A stretch of 64,000 nt of DNA from Paraspadella gotoi (taxonomy: Eukaryota > Animalia > Chaetognatha). Location of the stretch: assembly GCA_051294375.1 (NCBI GenBank), contig CM119269.1:4094626-4158625 (forward strand), read 5' to 3'. Every line of letters begins with the position of its first letter. Within the stretch, counting starts at the first letter, position 1. Positions 40,601 through 54,830 of the stretch are shown here, one piece after another. The notes beneath the pieces were generated by a model, which was given only the letters and a program-made list of their open reading frames with translations, did not search any database and was not told the DNA's origin. Position numbers and translations under genes: made by a program.

Positions 40601-41524
40601 ATTAGATATACAAAACATTATTTTATCTATAAATATTGTATTGTTTAATCACATCTGGCTCCTGTCTATACCAGTTGCAGGATACAAGAGATATAGTCCA
40701 CGATAATAACTTACTAAACTTGCGCAGACTAAATAGCCAGCAACAATCTGATAAAACTCACACCTTGAATCTATGAGGAGATGATACACTTACCGCGCTA
40801 TTCGCTGACTGTAATTTTTTCACTTATTTCCCCCTTTTTTTAACTTGATATACTTTGTTTTACTGAGTATCAATTACACGTCAATATCGTCCGGAGGCAT
40901 GTAGTGACAGAAGACTAACCGGCATGAAAATGGACGGCGATCGACATGGGGAGACATTAAAGAACAAACCGACGAGCAGAGATGGTCAAATAGAAAGACT
41001 GATCAAAATAGACGATCACTAGAATTATAGCCAATAAAGAGAATTCTAATGCAGGGATTTCAAGAAGGAAGAATAGAAAGAGGTAACGCTTTGCAACACG
41101 AAAACATACTTGTTCCAAAATGTTGAAATCTAATTGTGTAATATCGTCGCCCTTAGGACTCGAAACAAAAGCTCTGAGATCCGACCCATATTCCGACTTT
41201 CATAATCACAGACGTAATATAAAGACTACGACACTACGCGTATTTGCAAGTAGGAACAACAGCCCTTCACCTGCTCACGTACTAATATCACTACGTATTC
41301 GTAATATAGAGTCTGTTTAAAAAGTAAAATTAAACCACGTTAATTACAATGTAAATAAAATCGCTCTCTGTTATTCGTTGTATTGGTTATTAGAGGAAAC
41401 AAATAGTGTTTTGGAAATTTTACAACGATTTTTTTTTTTTCACCTATCCTCACATACTGACCACAATGTTCTTTACTCAATTCTTGTGTGAAGCTCTCTC
41501 TCGATCTCTCGTCTTTCTCTAACT

Positions 41525-41565
<41 letters not shown>

Positions 41566-42128
41566 ATCCTAACTCAAATCTCACTTCTTGTACTCTAACC
41601 AAAGTCAGAATGAAGAACAAATACGAAAGTTATAAAGAAAAAGATGTGAATTTCAAATGCTGATGAGACTCGAACCCAGAAGAGTCGAAACATGTCCCTT
41701 TATTGAAAATAAATTCGTAACAAATTCAAAAAACACTTTGTTCCCTCATAAATTCCACTTTTAAAAAAAAAAAAAAGGACTTGTTTCGACAAACTTCCTC
41801 TCTCAGTACAGGAATTGAGGATTGGGAATCTCACGCCGTCAGACGCCACGACGGCGATACGAGAACGCCGTGATCAAGTTCCAGGCGTTCTCGTGCGTCG
41901 GAGAAGCGAGATACGATGGACAAGAAACAGCGCTGGAACTCGACGTGCGACGTCGACATCTGCGCCGACAAACCCTGGATCATGGGCTTCGACGAGCTCG
42001 GCCTGTACCAAGAAGGGTGGAAGTTAAAATGATGAGCTCGATGATGCGGTGGACAAATGGGCGTGCCATGGAATGGCATGACCGCGCCCCCCTCGCTCAA
42101 ACTCTCCGCCTAACGGGACGAAAAAGGA
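37620..42128 (+). other. Indel-riddled inverted copy of ZP gene exons 1-9 (probable raw long-read fill)
   Basis: Reverse complement of about 50058-52619 then 55912-56860; errors are insertion-dominated and affect introns and exons alike; exons are colinear. Confidence 0.8.
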
Positions 42129-45100
42129 GTAAAAAGAATTTGTTTAAAAAAAAAAAAAATAAATAAAAAGTGGATAATTTTTTTAATTAATTTTAATTTA
42201 ATTTAGTAAAAATAAAAAGTTATATTTTTATTAATTGATTCAATCGATCGATAAATTAGGGAAAGCATTATTTCATAATAAACCAAATAAATTTAAAAAA
42301 TTAATCTAAAACATTAGGCAATAAAGCATTAAAACAACGATATAACCACAAACGTGTCTTTCTAAAAGCAATTGTTTTTCCAGATACTTTGACTAAGTTA
42401 TCATCAAAGAAAGAAAAACTAATATTTATGAAAAGAGAATAAAGTCAGCAGAATAAAGAGAGCGAAAGAGAGAGAGAGAGAGAGAGAGAACGAGAGAGGA
42501 GAGAGAGAGAGAGAGAGAGTAAAATGACGTGACATAAAGAAGCATTTCCCTGTCAGACTTTGATCAAACACGCCCCAAAAGAGGGACTGCCCCGTCCCCC
42601 GCCGTCTTTCACCATCAAAGAATAAAATTAAAATCCCCAAAATCAATAAAATCAATCATTTAAACCCATTGCCNNNNNNNNNNNNNNNNNNNNNNNNNGC
42701 TTACATTGAAGCCGAAACATGTCCATTTTTCATACAAAATAAATTCTTTGTTCAAAATAATAACAAACTATTCCCCTTTAATGCTACCAACGCAACGAAA
42801 CGAAAGAAACAAAACAATTCCCGCTGTAATCATTGTGCCACAGTTGCCACCGGAGTTGTAAGATAAATATAATTCCTGCTTACTTTTGAACCCGTTTTTA
42901 ATGACCCGGGAGAAAAGACAAGTGAAATCCGGTATTTGTTCCGTCAAAGAATGCTTCCTTCAACATTTTTAAGAGCTAATCGAAAGTTAATTATTACTTG
43001 AAATAAATGGCACTTTCAGTGACTTCGCAAGGAATTTTATTACTTGTGGTAGCCTGAAAACTTCTATCTGTTAACCATTACGACTTATTAACTTTTTTAT
43101 TACCAAAATCGATATAAATGTCAAAAAAAAAAAAAAAAAAAATTCAGTACAAATCACCTCGAATTAATAGAGTCTCTCACAGTTTCAATATAAAATTAAA
43201 AATTAAGTTTTAAATCTTCAAATAAAAATTTTGCATCTTAATTAATTAATTAATTAATTAAATTAATTAATTTATCAGAATCTAAAATAAAACACTCGTT
43301 CCTTCGTTGAGTCGACAATCAAAACTATTTGTCTCATGACAAAAAACTGGCTCAATAAAATTAGGGCCGATCCCACTTTAATTTCTGCTCGCTTTCGTCA
43401 TCAAAGTTACAAAAGCGACCAGTTTTCAGGCGTAAGCCAAAGTTGTTATCTCTTAAACCTGTTTTTAACGAGGCTTTTTCAAGAATTGTTTACGAATAAG
43501 AAGGGCAGAGAAAGGGGGGAGAGAAGAAAAGAAAGGCAGAAAGTGGGAGACAGAGAGAGAGAGAGAGAGAGAGTTCTCGAATTTTTTGAAAATGTTACCG
43601 GTTTCGCCTCGCTGGTAGTCAACCGAATCTAAATAATTCGACGTATAGTCATAGTTGAGTTGAGTTGAGTTTTACTTTAATCAATGGTAATTTTAAAGCG
43701 GTGGAAACAAACGGGCGAGACAAATGTCACTGTTAAATGTCACGAAGTGAATCACAGATTGAATCGAAAATCCGTTAAAAAACAATTAATTTAAGTTTAA
43801 TTGTTTATTTTTCATAGTTTGACTTATTTTTAAAAGAATATGTTCATTTACATTACTAAATGTAATTACGTAAACAAACATCTGACCAAATTTTTCATTC
43901 TCTTTTCACTCTCCTTCACTCTCTTGTCCTCAGCCTTAACCTATTCTCCAGGTCTGACCACGTACTTTCTTCAATCTTTGTTGTGAAACTTGCTCCCTCT
44001 TTCTCTCTCTCTTCCTTCTCTCTCATCTCTCTCTCTCTGCTCTCTTCTCTCTCATCTCTCGTCCAACTTCAAACTCTTGAAATATAATTTATCAAAAATT
44101 CAATTTCACTTTGCGCTGATGAAAATTTTGCTCCATTGAAAGTTTTCTCAGAAATGTATGAATAATTTTATCTCATTGACTTTCAGGTCATGTGACCGTA
44201 CTTTCCTTTGTCCAAAAAAAGGGAGGGGGTCAGCTCTATTTTGAGCTCTTTCTTTTCTTATTTTTCACTTTCTTTCTCTTTACCTATTCTCTATCTTTAT
44301 GAAATTGGTACAACCAATATAAAAATTATCCATTCATTTAATAAATAAGCTATCTTGCCCCTGACTTTGGACAGGCTTTGTTGGTTTAAGGCCTCCATCA
44401 CTCTTACAAGATAATGACATAGCAGGTCCCTGCAAGCTTTCAATCAAGACTCTCTCACAGTCTCGTTTATTCACTCCCAGAGTACCTGGCTTCCCTATCA
44501 ATGAAGTGGAAAATATTTCAAAGAATGTTTCAATTGTATGAAAAGACCACTCCCTTAAGTATTAGATCAGGGAATACTTATTGTACTCCGCACTAGCATC
44601 AAAATACAAGGAGCTGAATTTTATCTTTGATATTTCATTTTTCATTCTCCTATTAATCTAAAATAAATAGAAAGAATTATGAATAAAATGATTTAATTAA
44701 ATTTCATCGGGAAAATTAACTAATTAATATCGTTACAATAAAAAAGAATAAATTGATGACATGCAATGTATTAAAAGAAAAAAAATTATAAAATATATCT
44801 TAGTACACTCAATTAGATAAAATAGAGACTTATAAACAGAATAGAAAATATTTCATTTTTGAATAAAAAATTATATTAATATTAAATACACACAAATGGC
44901 AGCTGATAAAACGCTTCAGAATTTTAGCAATATCTAAATTTGACAAAAAACAAAACAATTTTTGGAACAATAGAAAGGTTTTAATTTGGCAAAAAACCTC
45001 TTTGGATTTCACCTATAAAAACAAAAGGCACAACGAGGGCGAACGCGCAACGTTTTTTCGCCTCCGCATTCGCCTCCCCTTCTCCCAACTTTTTTGACTC

Positions 45101-48100
45101 TTGTCCAAGTTCGCCACCTCAAAAAACATGCGCCTCCCGCGCGTTTTCACTCCGCCCTCGCTGCGGTATCGCGTCTGCATCTCTGCCTTGCTGATCTATT
45201 TTCATTCATCCACCACTACTAAGCTCTCTCATAGGAAGTCGTTCTGGCCCTCGCGAACGCAGGCCCGTGATATTTTCCGTATCCCACCACTACCTCGCTT
45301 CTTACAGGAGTCGTGCGCTGAGTGCTGCCTAGGATCTGCGCTGATAAGTGACCTGTTGATATTTTTTCCTCATCCACCCTACTAAGCTCTTATAGTGCGG
45401 CCTGATTGGCAGAAACCTGGCGAGGAAAGCAAATGGCGTAGGGAAAGACATGGTATGAACGCGTGAGGAATTAACGCGTGAGAAGGTCAAAGTTCAAGCA
45501 GCTGAGAGAGGCGGAGCGAAAAGGAGAAAGAGGAGGGTGTGAGGATGATAAGTGCGGTAGGTAGGTAGTAAGTACTCGAAGTGATGACGAGGCACGGATG
45601 TGGGTTGAGGTCAAAGGAAATAGTAAAATAGAGCGGTGGCGGAAATTATCCTTTCTCTAATTTTGCAGACATGCTTTTTTTTGTGTTTTTCTTGCTTTTC
45701 TGGGTTTTTTATTTTCCTTTCTTAATAATAGCCATTTATCATATAAATACATAATTTTCAGTTTACAACCTCCTCGCCCCCCCCCCCCGATCCCTCACCC
45801 GCCCCTCTCCCCATAATCATCTCCAGGACGATCCGATCCCCACCGCCTACCTCCTCACATCCCCGCAACTCAGCCTCGCCCCCAACGGGTCCGGTCACGG
45901 CCCGGACTTGTTTGGGGCCGGAGACGCCCTGCGCGACTCCAATCGTGGCGGCGGTTTCATGTTCCGCGACGCTTCGGCCGTTTCCCGTCGGCGTATCGGT
46001 TCGTCGGGGAGAAGGACTCCTCCGCCGCTGCGGGACTCGTCCGGATTTTTGGGCCTCGCCGTAGCCGGGTGAGGGGAATCCGGATTTCTCGGCCGACTTT
46101 GACATTTTTTTACTTCTTTGGTCGGGTATACTTGTTTTTTTTTTGTTAATATTTCCTTTTTTTTTTTCTTTTCCTAATTTGTAACAGTAAAAAATTAGCA
46201 AAAGTACAGAATCTTTCTCTTCTTTTTATATTTATATTACTTCAAGAGTTTTATTTTATCCAATTAACAAAATCATTTTAAAAGAATGTTTAAATAAAAT
46301 CAGTCGATACCTTAAATTTTTTATTCATCCTAGTTTTTCTTTTAAATTGTTTGTTATTAAAAGCTGAAAAATCTTTTAAAATTACCGCATCTTTACCTTT
46401 TTAGCAAAAAAATTTTAAATTTGAAAAAGATTTTTCTTCTTTACCAATTTTTTAAAGAAAAAAGCTGCTGATTTTTATCGAATTTTTTTACTACTTTCCC
46501 AAATTGATTATAGAAAAAAAAATTAGTATGATTCAGAAACCAGCTTAATAAAGGCGCGTCAAACGTTATGTTTCAGCTTTTTACCCCCCATGTTCACTTG
46601 GTCCCTATTACTTCTTTTCTTTCTTCTTTGATTTCTCCCTTCAATCAAAATCCTCCCCCACCCCCACCCCCCCGCTTTCTCCCTCAGAACCTCAAGCGTC
46701 GCAAAGGCCCCAAGATCACCTTCTCCACTACGGACGCCGGCGCCGTTCAGCCCGACGCCGATTCCGGCACTTCCTCCGACGCCACCTCGGGCGCCGGCGC
46801 CCGCCTCCACTTCCTCCTTCTGCAAGACCCGGGGCCCTCGCACTTTCAAAAGCCGGCGCGCCTCAGCGGCGCGGCGTTGATGATAGCGTCACCCGCTTTC
46901 GAGGGAGACGTCGCCGTCGCCCGTGGACCAGCCGGACGTCGCCGACGCCGCACGACGCCGCCCGGGAAATGTCGGCTTCATCATGCTGGAGGAGACGGCG
47001 TATCCCGTCGGCAGCGTCGTCCGCCGCGTCGGCTGCGCGGCGAATGACGGGGAGGATCGAGAGTGTCTTCCGCTGCTGCGGCGTTCGACAGTCGGCGGAA
47101 GGTCGAAGGTTATTTTTGTCGGGAAAGAAGGAGAAGGAGGAGGCGTTGTGAAATCTCTTTTTAAATATGGACAAAAAAAAACTAAGTACGTTTAATAAAC
47201 ATTGTTTTTATGAATCGTTTAGAACAAACGAACGTTAGAATGAAAAGAAGGCTAGTGAAAAAACTTTTCACAAAATCGCCAAAGAGTTTGTTATGGCCGA
47301 AGCTGGAAGGATGATTTTGGAAATATGCAATGTTGACATTAGTAAATAATTCGCCCAAATTTAAACACTCTATTCACTACTTATTAATTTATTGTCCTTA
47401 AAATGACCCCAAGTTCGTCACCGCCGCTTTCGCTCGCTCGTGTGTTTTTTAAAGCGGATTTTTCGATTCAATCTGTGATTCCACTTCGTGACATTAACAA
47501 GTGACATGTTTGTCCGTCGCCCATTTGTTGTTCACCGGCTTTTAAAAATTAACCCGATTGAATTAAAGTAAAACTCACTCAAACTCACTATGCTTGACGT
47601 CGAATTAGTCTAGATTACGTTGACTACCAAGCGAGGGCGAAACCGGTAACATTTCTTCAAAAAATTCGAGAACCTCTCTCTCTCTCTCTCTCTGCTGTCG
47701 CTCCGCACTTTCTGCCTTTTCTTTTCTTCTCCTCTGCCCCCTTTTCTCTGCCCTTCTTATTCGTTAACATGTCTTGGAAAAAGGCCTCGTTAAAAAACAG
47801 GTTAAGAGATAACAACTTTGGCTTACGCCTGAAAACTGGTTCGTTTTGTAACTTTGATGACGAAAGCGAGCAGAAATTAAAGTGGGATCCGCCCTAATTT
47901 TATTGAGCCAGTTTTTTGTCATGAGACAAATAGTTTTGATTGTCGACTCAACGAAGGAACGAGTGTTTTATTTTAGATTCTGATAAATTAATAATTTAAT
48001 TAATTAATTAATTAATTAAGATGCAAAATTTTTATTTGAAGATTTTAAAACTTAATTTTTAATTTTATATTGAAACTGTGAGAGACTCTATTAATTCGAG

Positions 48101-48637
48101 GTGATTTGTACTGAATTTTTTTTTTTTTTTTTTTTGACATTTATATCGATTTTGGTAATAAAAAAGTTAATAAAGTCGTAATGGTTAACAGAATAGAAAG
48201 TTTTCAGGCTACAACAAGTAATAAAAATTCCTTGCGAAGTCAACTGAAAAGTGCCATTTATTTTCAAGTAATAATTAACTTTCGATTAGCTCGTTTAAAA
48301 ATGTTGAAGGAAGCATTCTTTGACGGAACAAATACCGGATTTCACTTGTCTTTTTCTCCCGGGTCATTAAAAACGGGGTTCAAAATTAAGCAGGAATTAT
48401 ATTTATCTTACAACTCCGTGCAACTGTGCACAATGATTACAGCGGGAATTGTTTTGTTTCTTTTCGTTTCCGTTGGGCGTTTCGGGTATAGACATTAAAG
48501 GGCGGGTAATAGTTTTGTTTATTATTTTGAACAAAGAATTTATTTTGTATGAAAAATGGACATGTTCGGCTTCAATGTAAGCCTTCATCAGCGCAAAGTG
48601 AATTGAATTTTGATAAATTATGTTCACAGAGTTTGAA

Positions 48638-48701
<64 letters not shown>

Positions 48702-48949
48702 AAGAGGGAGCAAAGTTTCCAAGAAAGAATTGAGAAAAGTACAGTGGTAGACTGCGAGAATAGGTTAAGGCTGAGGACAAGAGAGTGAAGGAGAGTGAAA
48801 GAGAATGAAAAATTTTGGTCAGATTTTGTTCGTAAATCATTTAGTAATGTAAATGAAAATAATTTTTTAAAATAGTAAACTATGAAAAATAGACAATTAA
48901 CTAAATTAAGTTTTAGGATTAATAGGAGAATGAAAAATGAAATATCAAA

Positions 48950-49285
48950 GATAAAATTCAGCTCCTTGTATTTTGATGCTAGTGCGGGAGTACAATAAGT
49001 ATTCCCTGATCTAATACTTAAGGGAGTGGTCTTTCATACAATTGAAACATCTTTGAAATATTTTCCACTTAATTGATAGGGAAGCCAGGTACTCTGGGAG
49101 TGAATGAACGAGACTGTGAGAGAGTCTTGATTGAAAGCTTGCAGGGACCTGCTATGTCCATTATCTTGTAAGAGTGGATGGCGAGGCCTTAAACCAACAA
49201 AGCCCTGTCCAAAGTCAGGGGCAAGATAGCTTATTTATTAAAATGAATGGATAATTTTTATATTGGTTGTACCAATTTCATAAAG
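48950..49285. repeat. Interspersed repeat family
   Basis: Parts recur at non-duplicated sites: 62390-62485, 54380-54560 and 2624-2657 (tatgaaattggtacaacc). Confidence 0.6.
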
Positions 49286-50057
49286 ATAGAGAATAGGTTA
49301 AAGAGAAAGAAAGTGAAAAATAAGAAAAGAAAGAGCTCAAAATAGTAAGCTGACCCCCTCCCTTTTTTTGGACAAAGGAAAGGTACGGCACATGACCTGA
49401 AAGTCAATGAGATAAAATTATTCATACATTTCTGAGAAAAATTTCAATGGAGCAAAATTTTCAAAATGGCAAGAAAAGCATTAGTAATTAATTTTTTAAT
49501 ATTTATTATAGATAGGAAATGTCAAAAATTTTTTTTTGGAATTTTTTATTTTTAAAAGCGATTCAAATAGCTTATGAAAAGTTATCTACACAAAGTATAA
49601 ATTCTTTTTTCAATATTGGATGATAAGTGGGTATTAAAATTGAGAAAAACCTTAAAAATAATCGATCATCATCATCTATCCGATGATGTTTAAAGGCAGG
49701 AAGCAGTTTTTTTACTAATTTTTATAATTAAAACATCAAAAATTTTAAAAAGTTGTAATTTAATTTTTGCTTAACTCTTTTAAGCTCTAATCAGAATCAA
49801 TTAAAAAAACTTAAAATATCCCAAAAAAATTGTTTAACATTATATAGCAAATATAATAATTATTAATTTAGCGAATTACTTCATGGTTCGGAACATTTTT
49901 GCAAAAAATATTTTAAAACAAACAAAAATAATTTAATACCAATTAGTTAAATGNNNNNNNNNNNNNNNNNNNNNNNNNTACCAAATAACAACGAAAAAGA
50001 AAGGATTATCACATGTAAAGTGGAATTTACTTTAAAAAAACTTTTATTACGAATTAC

Positions 50058-50122
50058 ATGAAAGACGCAGTGAAGCTGTTCTCCTTGACAATAACGACGT
50101 AGTCGTAGTCTTTGGAATACGC
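50058..50122 (-). CDS. ZP-domain protein exon 8
   Basis: AYSKDYDYVVIVKENSFTASF; AAG/GTAATT bounded, phase 0 to 2, fits both neighbours. Confidence 0.75.
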
Positions 50123-50198
50123 CTTGATTAAGAAAGCAGAATATATACGATCAAATTTTTTCAATCCTCAATTTTAACAATGATTCGTTGCAACGTAC

Positions 50199-50364
50199 CC
50201 TGCACTCCCTGAAACCGGCATAGAATCCTTTTGGCAAACCAGTGACCGACACTTTGATCCAGTCTCCTATTTTGACCATGCCGGTTTCTTTATCGTCTCC
50301 CCAGCGATCGCCTCCCATTTTCATGCGTATATCTGTCCACATGCCTCCCATCTTGACGTGAAGC
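50199..50364 (-). CDS. ZP-domain protein exon 7, ZP-C start
   Basis: SLHVKMGGMW...GMVKIGDWIKVSVTGLPKGFYAGFRECR; matches ZP-C V.LG..L.V.V....C.A; phase 2 to 0. Confidence 0.85.
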
Positions 50365-50430
50365 CTGAAAACAAAGTATCAAGTTAAAAAAAAGGGGGAA
50401 AAAAAGGGGGGGAAAAAAAATTAAACTCAC

Positions 50431-50523
50431 GAAAGGCGTAATTTCATCTCCATGTTCATGTTTTCTGTTCTGCTATTGATTTGGAGTTTAGTAGATACGT
50501 GGGACATTCCCTTGTATTCGCAA
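50431..50523 (-). CDS. ZP-domain protein exon 6, ZP-N end and interdomain linker
   Basis: VCEYKGMSHVSTKLQINSRTENMNMEMKLRL; matches the ZP-N terminal C.Y motif; phase 2 to 2. Confidence 0.85.
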
Positions 50524-50599
50524 CTGAAGAAGGAGCCAATGAAATGATTAAACAAACAAATTAAGAAATAATTTTTGAAACTATTAACAATGTGCTCAC

Positions 50600-51240
50600 A
50601 CGAGATCGAATTCCTCAATTCTGCTTGGTTTCTCCACTTGAGTTTTGTTCAGTTCGTTCTTGTATTCTTCTTTGGCAATTTTCTCCACCATCGAAAGGAA
50701 ATATGAGATGTTTACCTCCATCTTATTGTCAGAGTTGAGGGTGACGTTCGCAAACTTTTTCATGAGGGCTTCCCCGGTTTTTTCGAGAAAATCTTCCACG
50801 TCGATATCCTCACGCTCCTTCTCCACCATTTCGAGGAGAATCTCGAGGGCCTCGTCTCCGACCTTGTCCTCGATGAAATCCTTCAACTCGATCACGTCTT
50901 TCGTCTTCGTTTTCTTGAAGGCCGGGTTGTTGAGGCTCTGGTTGTTCATCGTCGCGTTCAACCACATCATGTGATTCGGGTGAAGCGTGTCGTTGATGTG
51001 GACGTCCTTGAAGCCAAGATCCGCGGTGCCGTTGGGAAACTTGATCTTCAGTTTTTCGAGCAGCTTTCCGCCGAACTTATGAAGAAACTCTCTGGCTTCC
51101 TTCTCGATTCTTTCAAACTCTTTTTCATAACGATGGGTATTCTTGAAGCAGTCATCCTTGAACTGTAAGTTCAAATGTGCCTCGTATTTGGTGTTGTCTC
51201 CGCTCGCTCTTCCCTTGGAGTAATACTTCTTCTCGGTTTT
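50600..51240 (-). CDS. ZP-domain protein exon 5, insertion 2 (charged, N-glycosylation sequon-rich)
   Basis: 641-nt exon equal to the 216-aa ORF; a phase-2 GTGAGC donor just before the ORF stop gives FDLV|CEY. Confidence 0.88.
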
Positions 51241-51355
51241 CTGCATTCAAAGATTAACAGACGAATCAATAGTTCAATGAATACAATTTCGAGTAAATGA
51301 ATGAATGATGGGAAACGTTTTATATACGAGGGCGATGAGAGAATCCCCGACTCAC

Positions 51356-51496
51356 CATATTGGTGCATCTATTGACATCGATGACGGCTCGGGCCATTTC
51401 CCAATCGTCCCATTCTTCAAACGGCAAACCACGCGGCAGGTGGTCGGGGGAGAAATATTCTTTAACCCCCTCCATCATTTTATGAAAGTCTTTTTT
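51356..51496 (-). CDS. ZP-domain protein exon 4
   Basis: KKDFHKMMEGVKEYFSPDHLPRGLPFEEWDDWEMARAVIDVNRCTNM; 141 nt, CAG/GTGAGT bounded. Confidence 0.88.
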
Positions 51497-51577
51497 CTGC
51501 GGACGAGAAAATAAATACGACACGAATGCTTTAATATATTTTCAAAAGGTTTAAAAGGAGTTTTAAAAAAAAGTTAC

Positions 51578-51982
51578 CTTGTAGAGTTGATAATCGGATT
51601 CGACCATATAATGACCCATGTTCTCGGGATGGGTCAAAGTATCCCAAATCAACTGCGTGTAATTTTGGTCGATGTCCTTGAGCTGTTGACGCAAGTAGAT
51701 CATCGTGGAGATGACGTCCATGTTCTTTCTCTTTTCCGGATCCCATTCCATGTACTTTTCCATGCCGGTGTAGTATTTCTTTATCAAATCGTCCAATTTC
51801 ATGTGATGCATCTTCAGTACGTCGTCAATCTTCATATGAGCGTATTTTTTTATTTCATCGACGCTCTTGATGCCCATTTCATTGAGAAACATCATTATAT
51901 ACTTGACGACTCCTTGGACGTCAGTCTTGAAGGGACAATAGGCATAATCGTCACTGCCTTTCGGGTGAAAAGAGATCCAGAA
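51578..51982 (-). CDS. ZP-domain protein exon 3, ZP-N Cys2 region and insertion 1
   Basis: 405-nt open exon FWISFHPKGSDDYAYCPFKTDVQGVVKYIMMFLNEMG...YMVESDYQLYK; AG/GT bounded, phase 0 to 0. Confidence 0.88.
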
Positions 51983-52019
51983 CTGAAAGGGGGAAAGTAA
52001 TTTGAATCAAAAGACCGAT

Positions 52020-52040
52020 TTACGTACTTACTTTTTTTTC

Positions 52041-52135
<95 letters not shown>
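52020..52135. repeat. (TTTC)n microsatellite in ZP gene intron 2
   Basis: Direct reading. Confidence 0.95.
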
Positions 52136-52149
52136 TTCTCTCTACTCAC

Positions 52150-52307
52150 GTCCTCGATTTCGCAGTCATCCTTTTTCGACATATACTCGACGACCATCTT
52201 GATCTTTCCAGACTTATCGCATCGGCATTCCATGGTGAGGCCATTGTTATCGCCAAAGTCGACCATGTCCTTTCCGGTGTTGTACATGCCCGCTGGCATG
52301 CTGACGC
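52150..52307 (-). CDS. ZP-domain protein exon 2, start of ZP-N
   Basis: GVSMPAGMYNTGKDMVDFGDNNGLTMECRCDKSGKIKMVVEYMSKKDDCEIED; C....(I/M).V pattern of the first ZP-N strands; CAG/GTGAGT bounded, phase 1 to 0. Confidence 0.8.
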
Positions 52308-52570
52308 CTGAAGAGATAAATACCAAAAGTAATTAAAGAAAAGGTCGTTTCACTTTTAAATGTTAAATCCACATGCATGAGTTGAGCGGTGGTAAAGTTA
52401 ACAATATTGTTGAGCATTGCGAGAGTCAGATCTTAAAATTGATTGTATCACAACCTTTCACCGTCTTCTTTTTCAGAAATCTAGATTGCCACTAACCAAG
52501 CTTTACACAAGCTTAGTTTCCTTTACCAATTGCTTACTTTCTCGCCAATAATCACGGCGTCCTCCCTTAC

Positions 52571-52619
52571 CTATCAGCGACGCGACGAGAAGAGTTGCCA
52601 ACCAAATAGTCGCCGCCAT
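52571..52619 (-). CDS. ZP-domain protein exon 1, signal peptide
   Basis: MAATIWLATLLVASLI(G), hydrophobic core, GTAAGG donor in phase 1 compatible with exon 2. Confidence 0.8.
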
Positions 52620-52736
52620 CTTTTTTTTTTTGTGGAGCAGAATAAGTTAAAGAGAAATACTATTTTTTTTCCTTTTTAAATCCGATTGGTTTTCGGTGCG
52701 GTTTCCACCGTCGATAGACCGATCTTTTGGGAGACA

Positions 52737-52746
52737 CCTATTTATA
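52737..52746 (-). promoter_or_regulatory. TATA box candidate for the ZP-domain gene
   Basis: TATAAATAGG about 118 nt upstream of the signal-peptide ATG at 52619; also retained in the noisy copy near 37453. Confidence 0.55.
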
Positions 52747-53297
52747 AAGGGAGGAGGAAGAGGAGGAGAAGCGGGGGTCTCGGGGAATGAATACACCGGG
52801 CCGAATGACGAACCAACCGGTTTAGATCGAGGCTAGGGTGAGTTAGCAGCTCGTGATCGTACTTACCCGTCGGATATCGGTCAAGTCAATGTCACGCGAA
52901 GATTTAGTGACGTCGGAAATGAAGGACGTGAGATCGTTGACGCAAAAGATTAATCAGTTATAGGGAAATGTGATTAAAGGTAATGCGATGTTATAATTTA
53001 GTCGATACCATGAGCATAAAACGGGCTTTTAAATTCAGATGGTCCTACGATCATTACAAATTAAAATCTAGTTTTTTTAATAAATAAAATAAATAAATAA
53101 TTAAAATCTAGTTTTTTTTTTCAATTTGAAACGATTTTGACCTGAAAATCAATTTAAATTCATTATTTCAAATAAAAAAATCAAATCTGCGTTTCTATCT
53201 AAAATATGATCACAAAATTTGAGAAATCACATTCAATTTATGATATCTAAAAGCTTTCGACTTCAAGCAATTGTATTCTCTCAACTCAACTCAATAA

Positions 53298-53562
53298 TGA
53301 ATGGAATTAAATGAATTGAATAAAATGAATTGAATGAAATGAATGAAATGAATTGAATAAAATGAATTGAATAAAATGAAAAGAATTGACTAAAATGAAT
53401 TGAATGAAATGAATTGAATAAAATGAATTGAATGAAATAAATTGAATGAAATGAATTGTATGAAATGAATTGAATGAAATGAAATGAATGAAATAAATTG
53501 AATAAAATGAATTGAATAAAATGAATTGAATAAAATGAATTAAATAAAATGAATTGAATGGA
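53298..53562. repeat. (AATGA/ATTGA)n pentamer-type low-complexity array
   Basis: Direct reading; inverted noisy copy near 36545-36810. Confidence 0.9.
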
Positions 53563-54574
53563 ATTTTGTATGTGGGTAGGAAAGTGTGTGATTGAGCAGG
53601 AAATCAAGTATCGATGGAATCGTTTGAGTGGAAATGAGTTTAAAAAAACAAAGAACCTGTTTAACTAATTGATTATGCTTTATTTTATTTTTATTTTAAA
53701 TGTGAATGCAGGGTGTATTAATTAATCAAATAATTAATCAGTTAATTAATCAATTAGTCGATAAATTAATCAATAATTAATCAATCAGATCCGACATTGT
53801 TTGCTCAAACTTGTTGCATAATTTATCATAATTCGATGTTCTGACATGATATTAGTGAGTGCCCGACAAGATTGAGGGGGCGGACCGACGGACCGACAAA
53901 GTGAATTATAGAGTCGGGATCTGCTGATAAGCACATCCGACTAAAAACCGGTTCGGGGGTCCCGGGACTCTGGACCGATTCGAGCCGACGCCCAAAACCA
54001 TTTGAAATCAGTATTCGAGAAAACAGGAACTGTTTTGAAAATTGTCCCGCGCGGAGAAGCGCAAAAGCGGAGAAGAATTTCCGTCGCCGGTACGTCTCAA
54101 TGGTACTCACTCTCCCGAGGGACTGGGAGAAATTTCCAATTTATTTTTATACAGAGGAGAATAGACGGGATATACGAGCTGGTAGAATTGATTGACTTAT
54201 ATTTTGAAATTGGTCTGAGTAAACTATATTATGAAAGACATCAAATCGTTGTGAAGGGATTAATTAAGGATCTTTGGATTATACGTCGGTCTTACTAAAA
54301 GCTATTAGTATTACCCCAGACCTTCGGGCTGGGAATTCGAAAGTCTAACTCTGTCGGTACGGTAGATATTCCCTAGATAGGCCTCCATCACTCTTACAAG
54401 ATAATCACATAGCAGCTTTCAATTAAAACTTTCTCACAGTTTCGTTTATCCATTCCCAGAGTACCTGCCTTCCCTATCAATGAAGTTGCATAATATTTCA
54501 AAGTACTCCGCCTACCATCAAAATACAGGGAGCGGAATTTTATGAAATTGGTAAAACCAATTTATATTAATTAA

Positions 54575-54830
<256 letters not shown>

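Noticed and set aside
34130-42670. Ancient ZP pseudogene or paralog
   Set aside because: Divergence is insertion-dominated, equal in introns and exons and variable along the copy, and the copy ends at a 25-N gap, which fits a raw long read
50596-51246. Stand-alone 216-aa gene or viral/transposon ORF
   Set aside because: It is bounded by splice sites and joins in phase with neighbouring exons of the ZP gene
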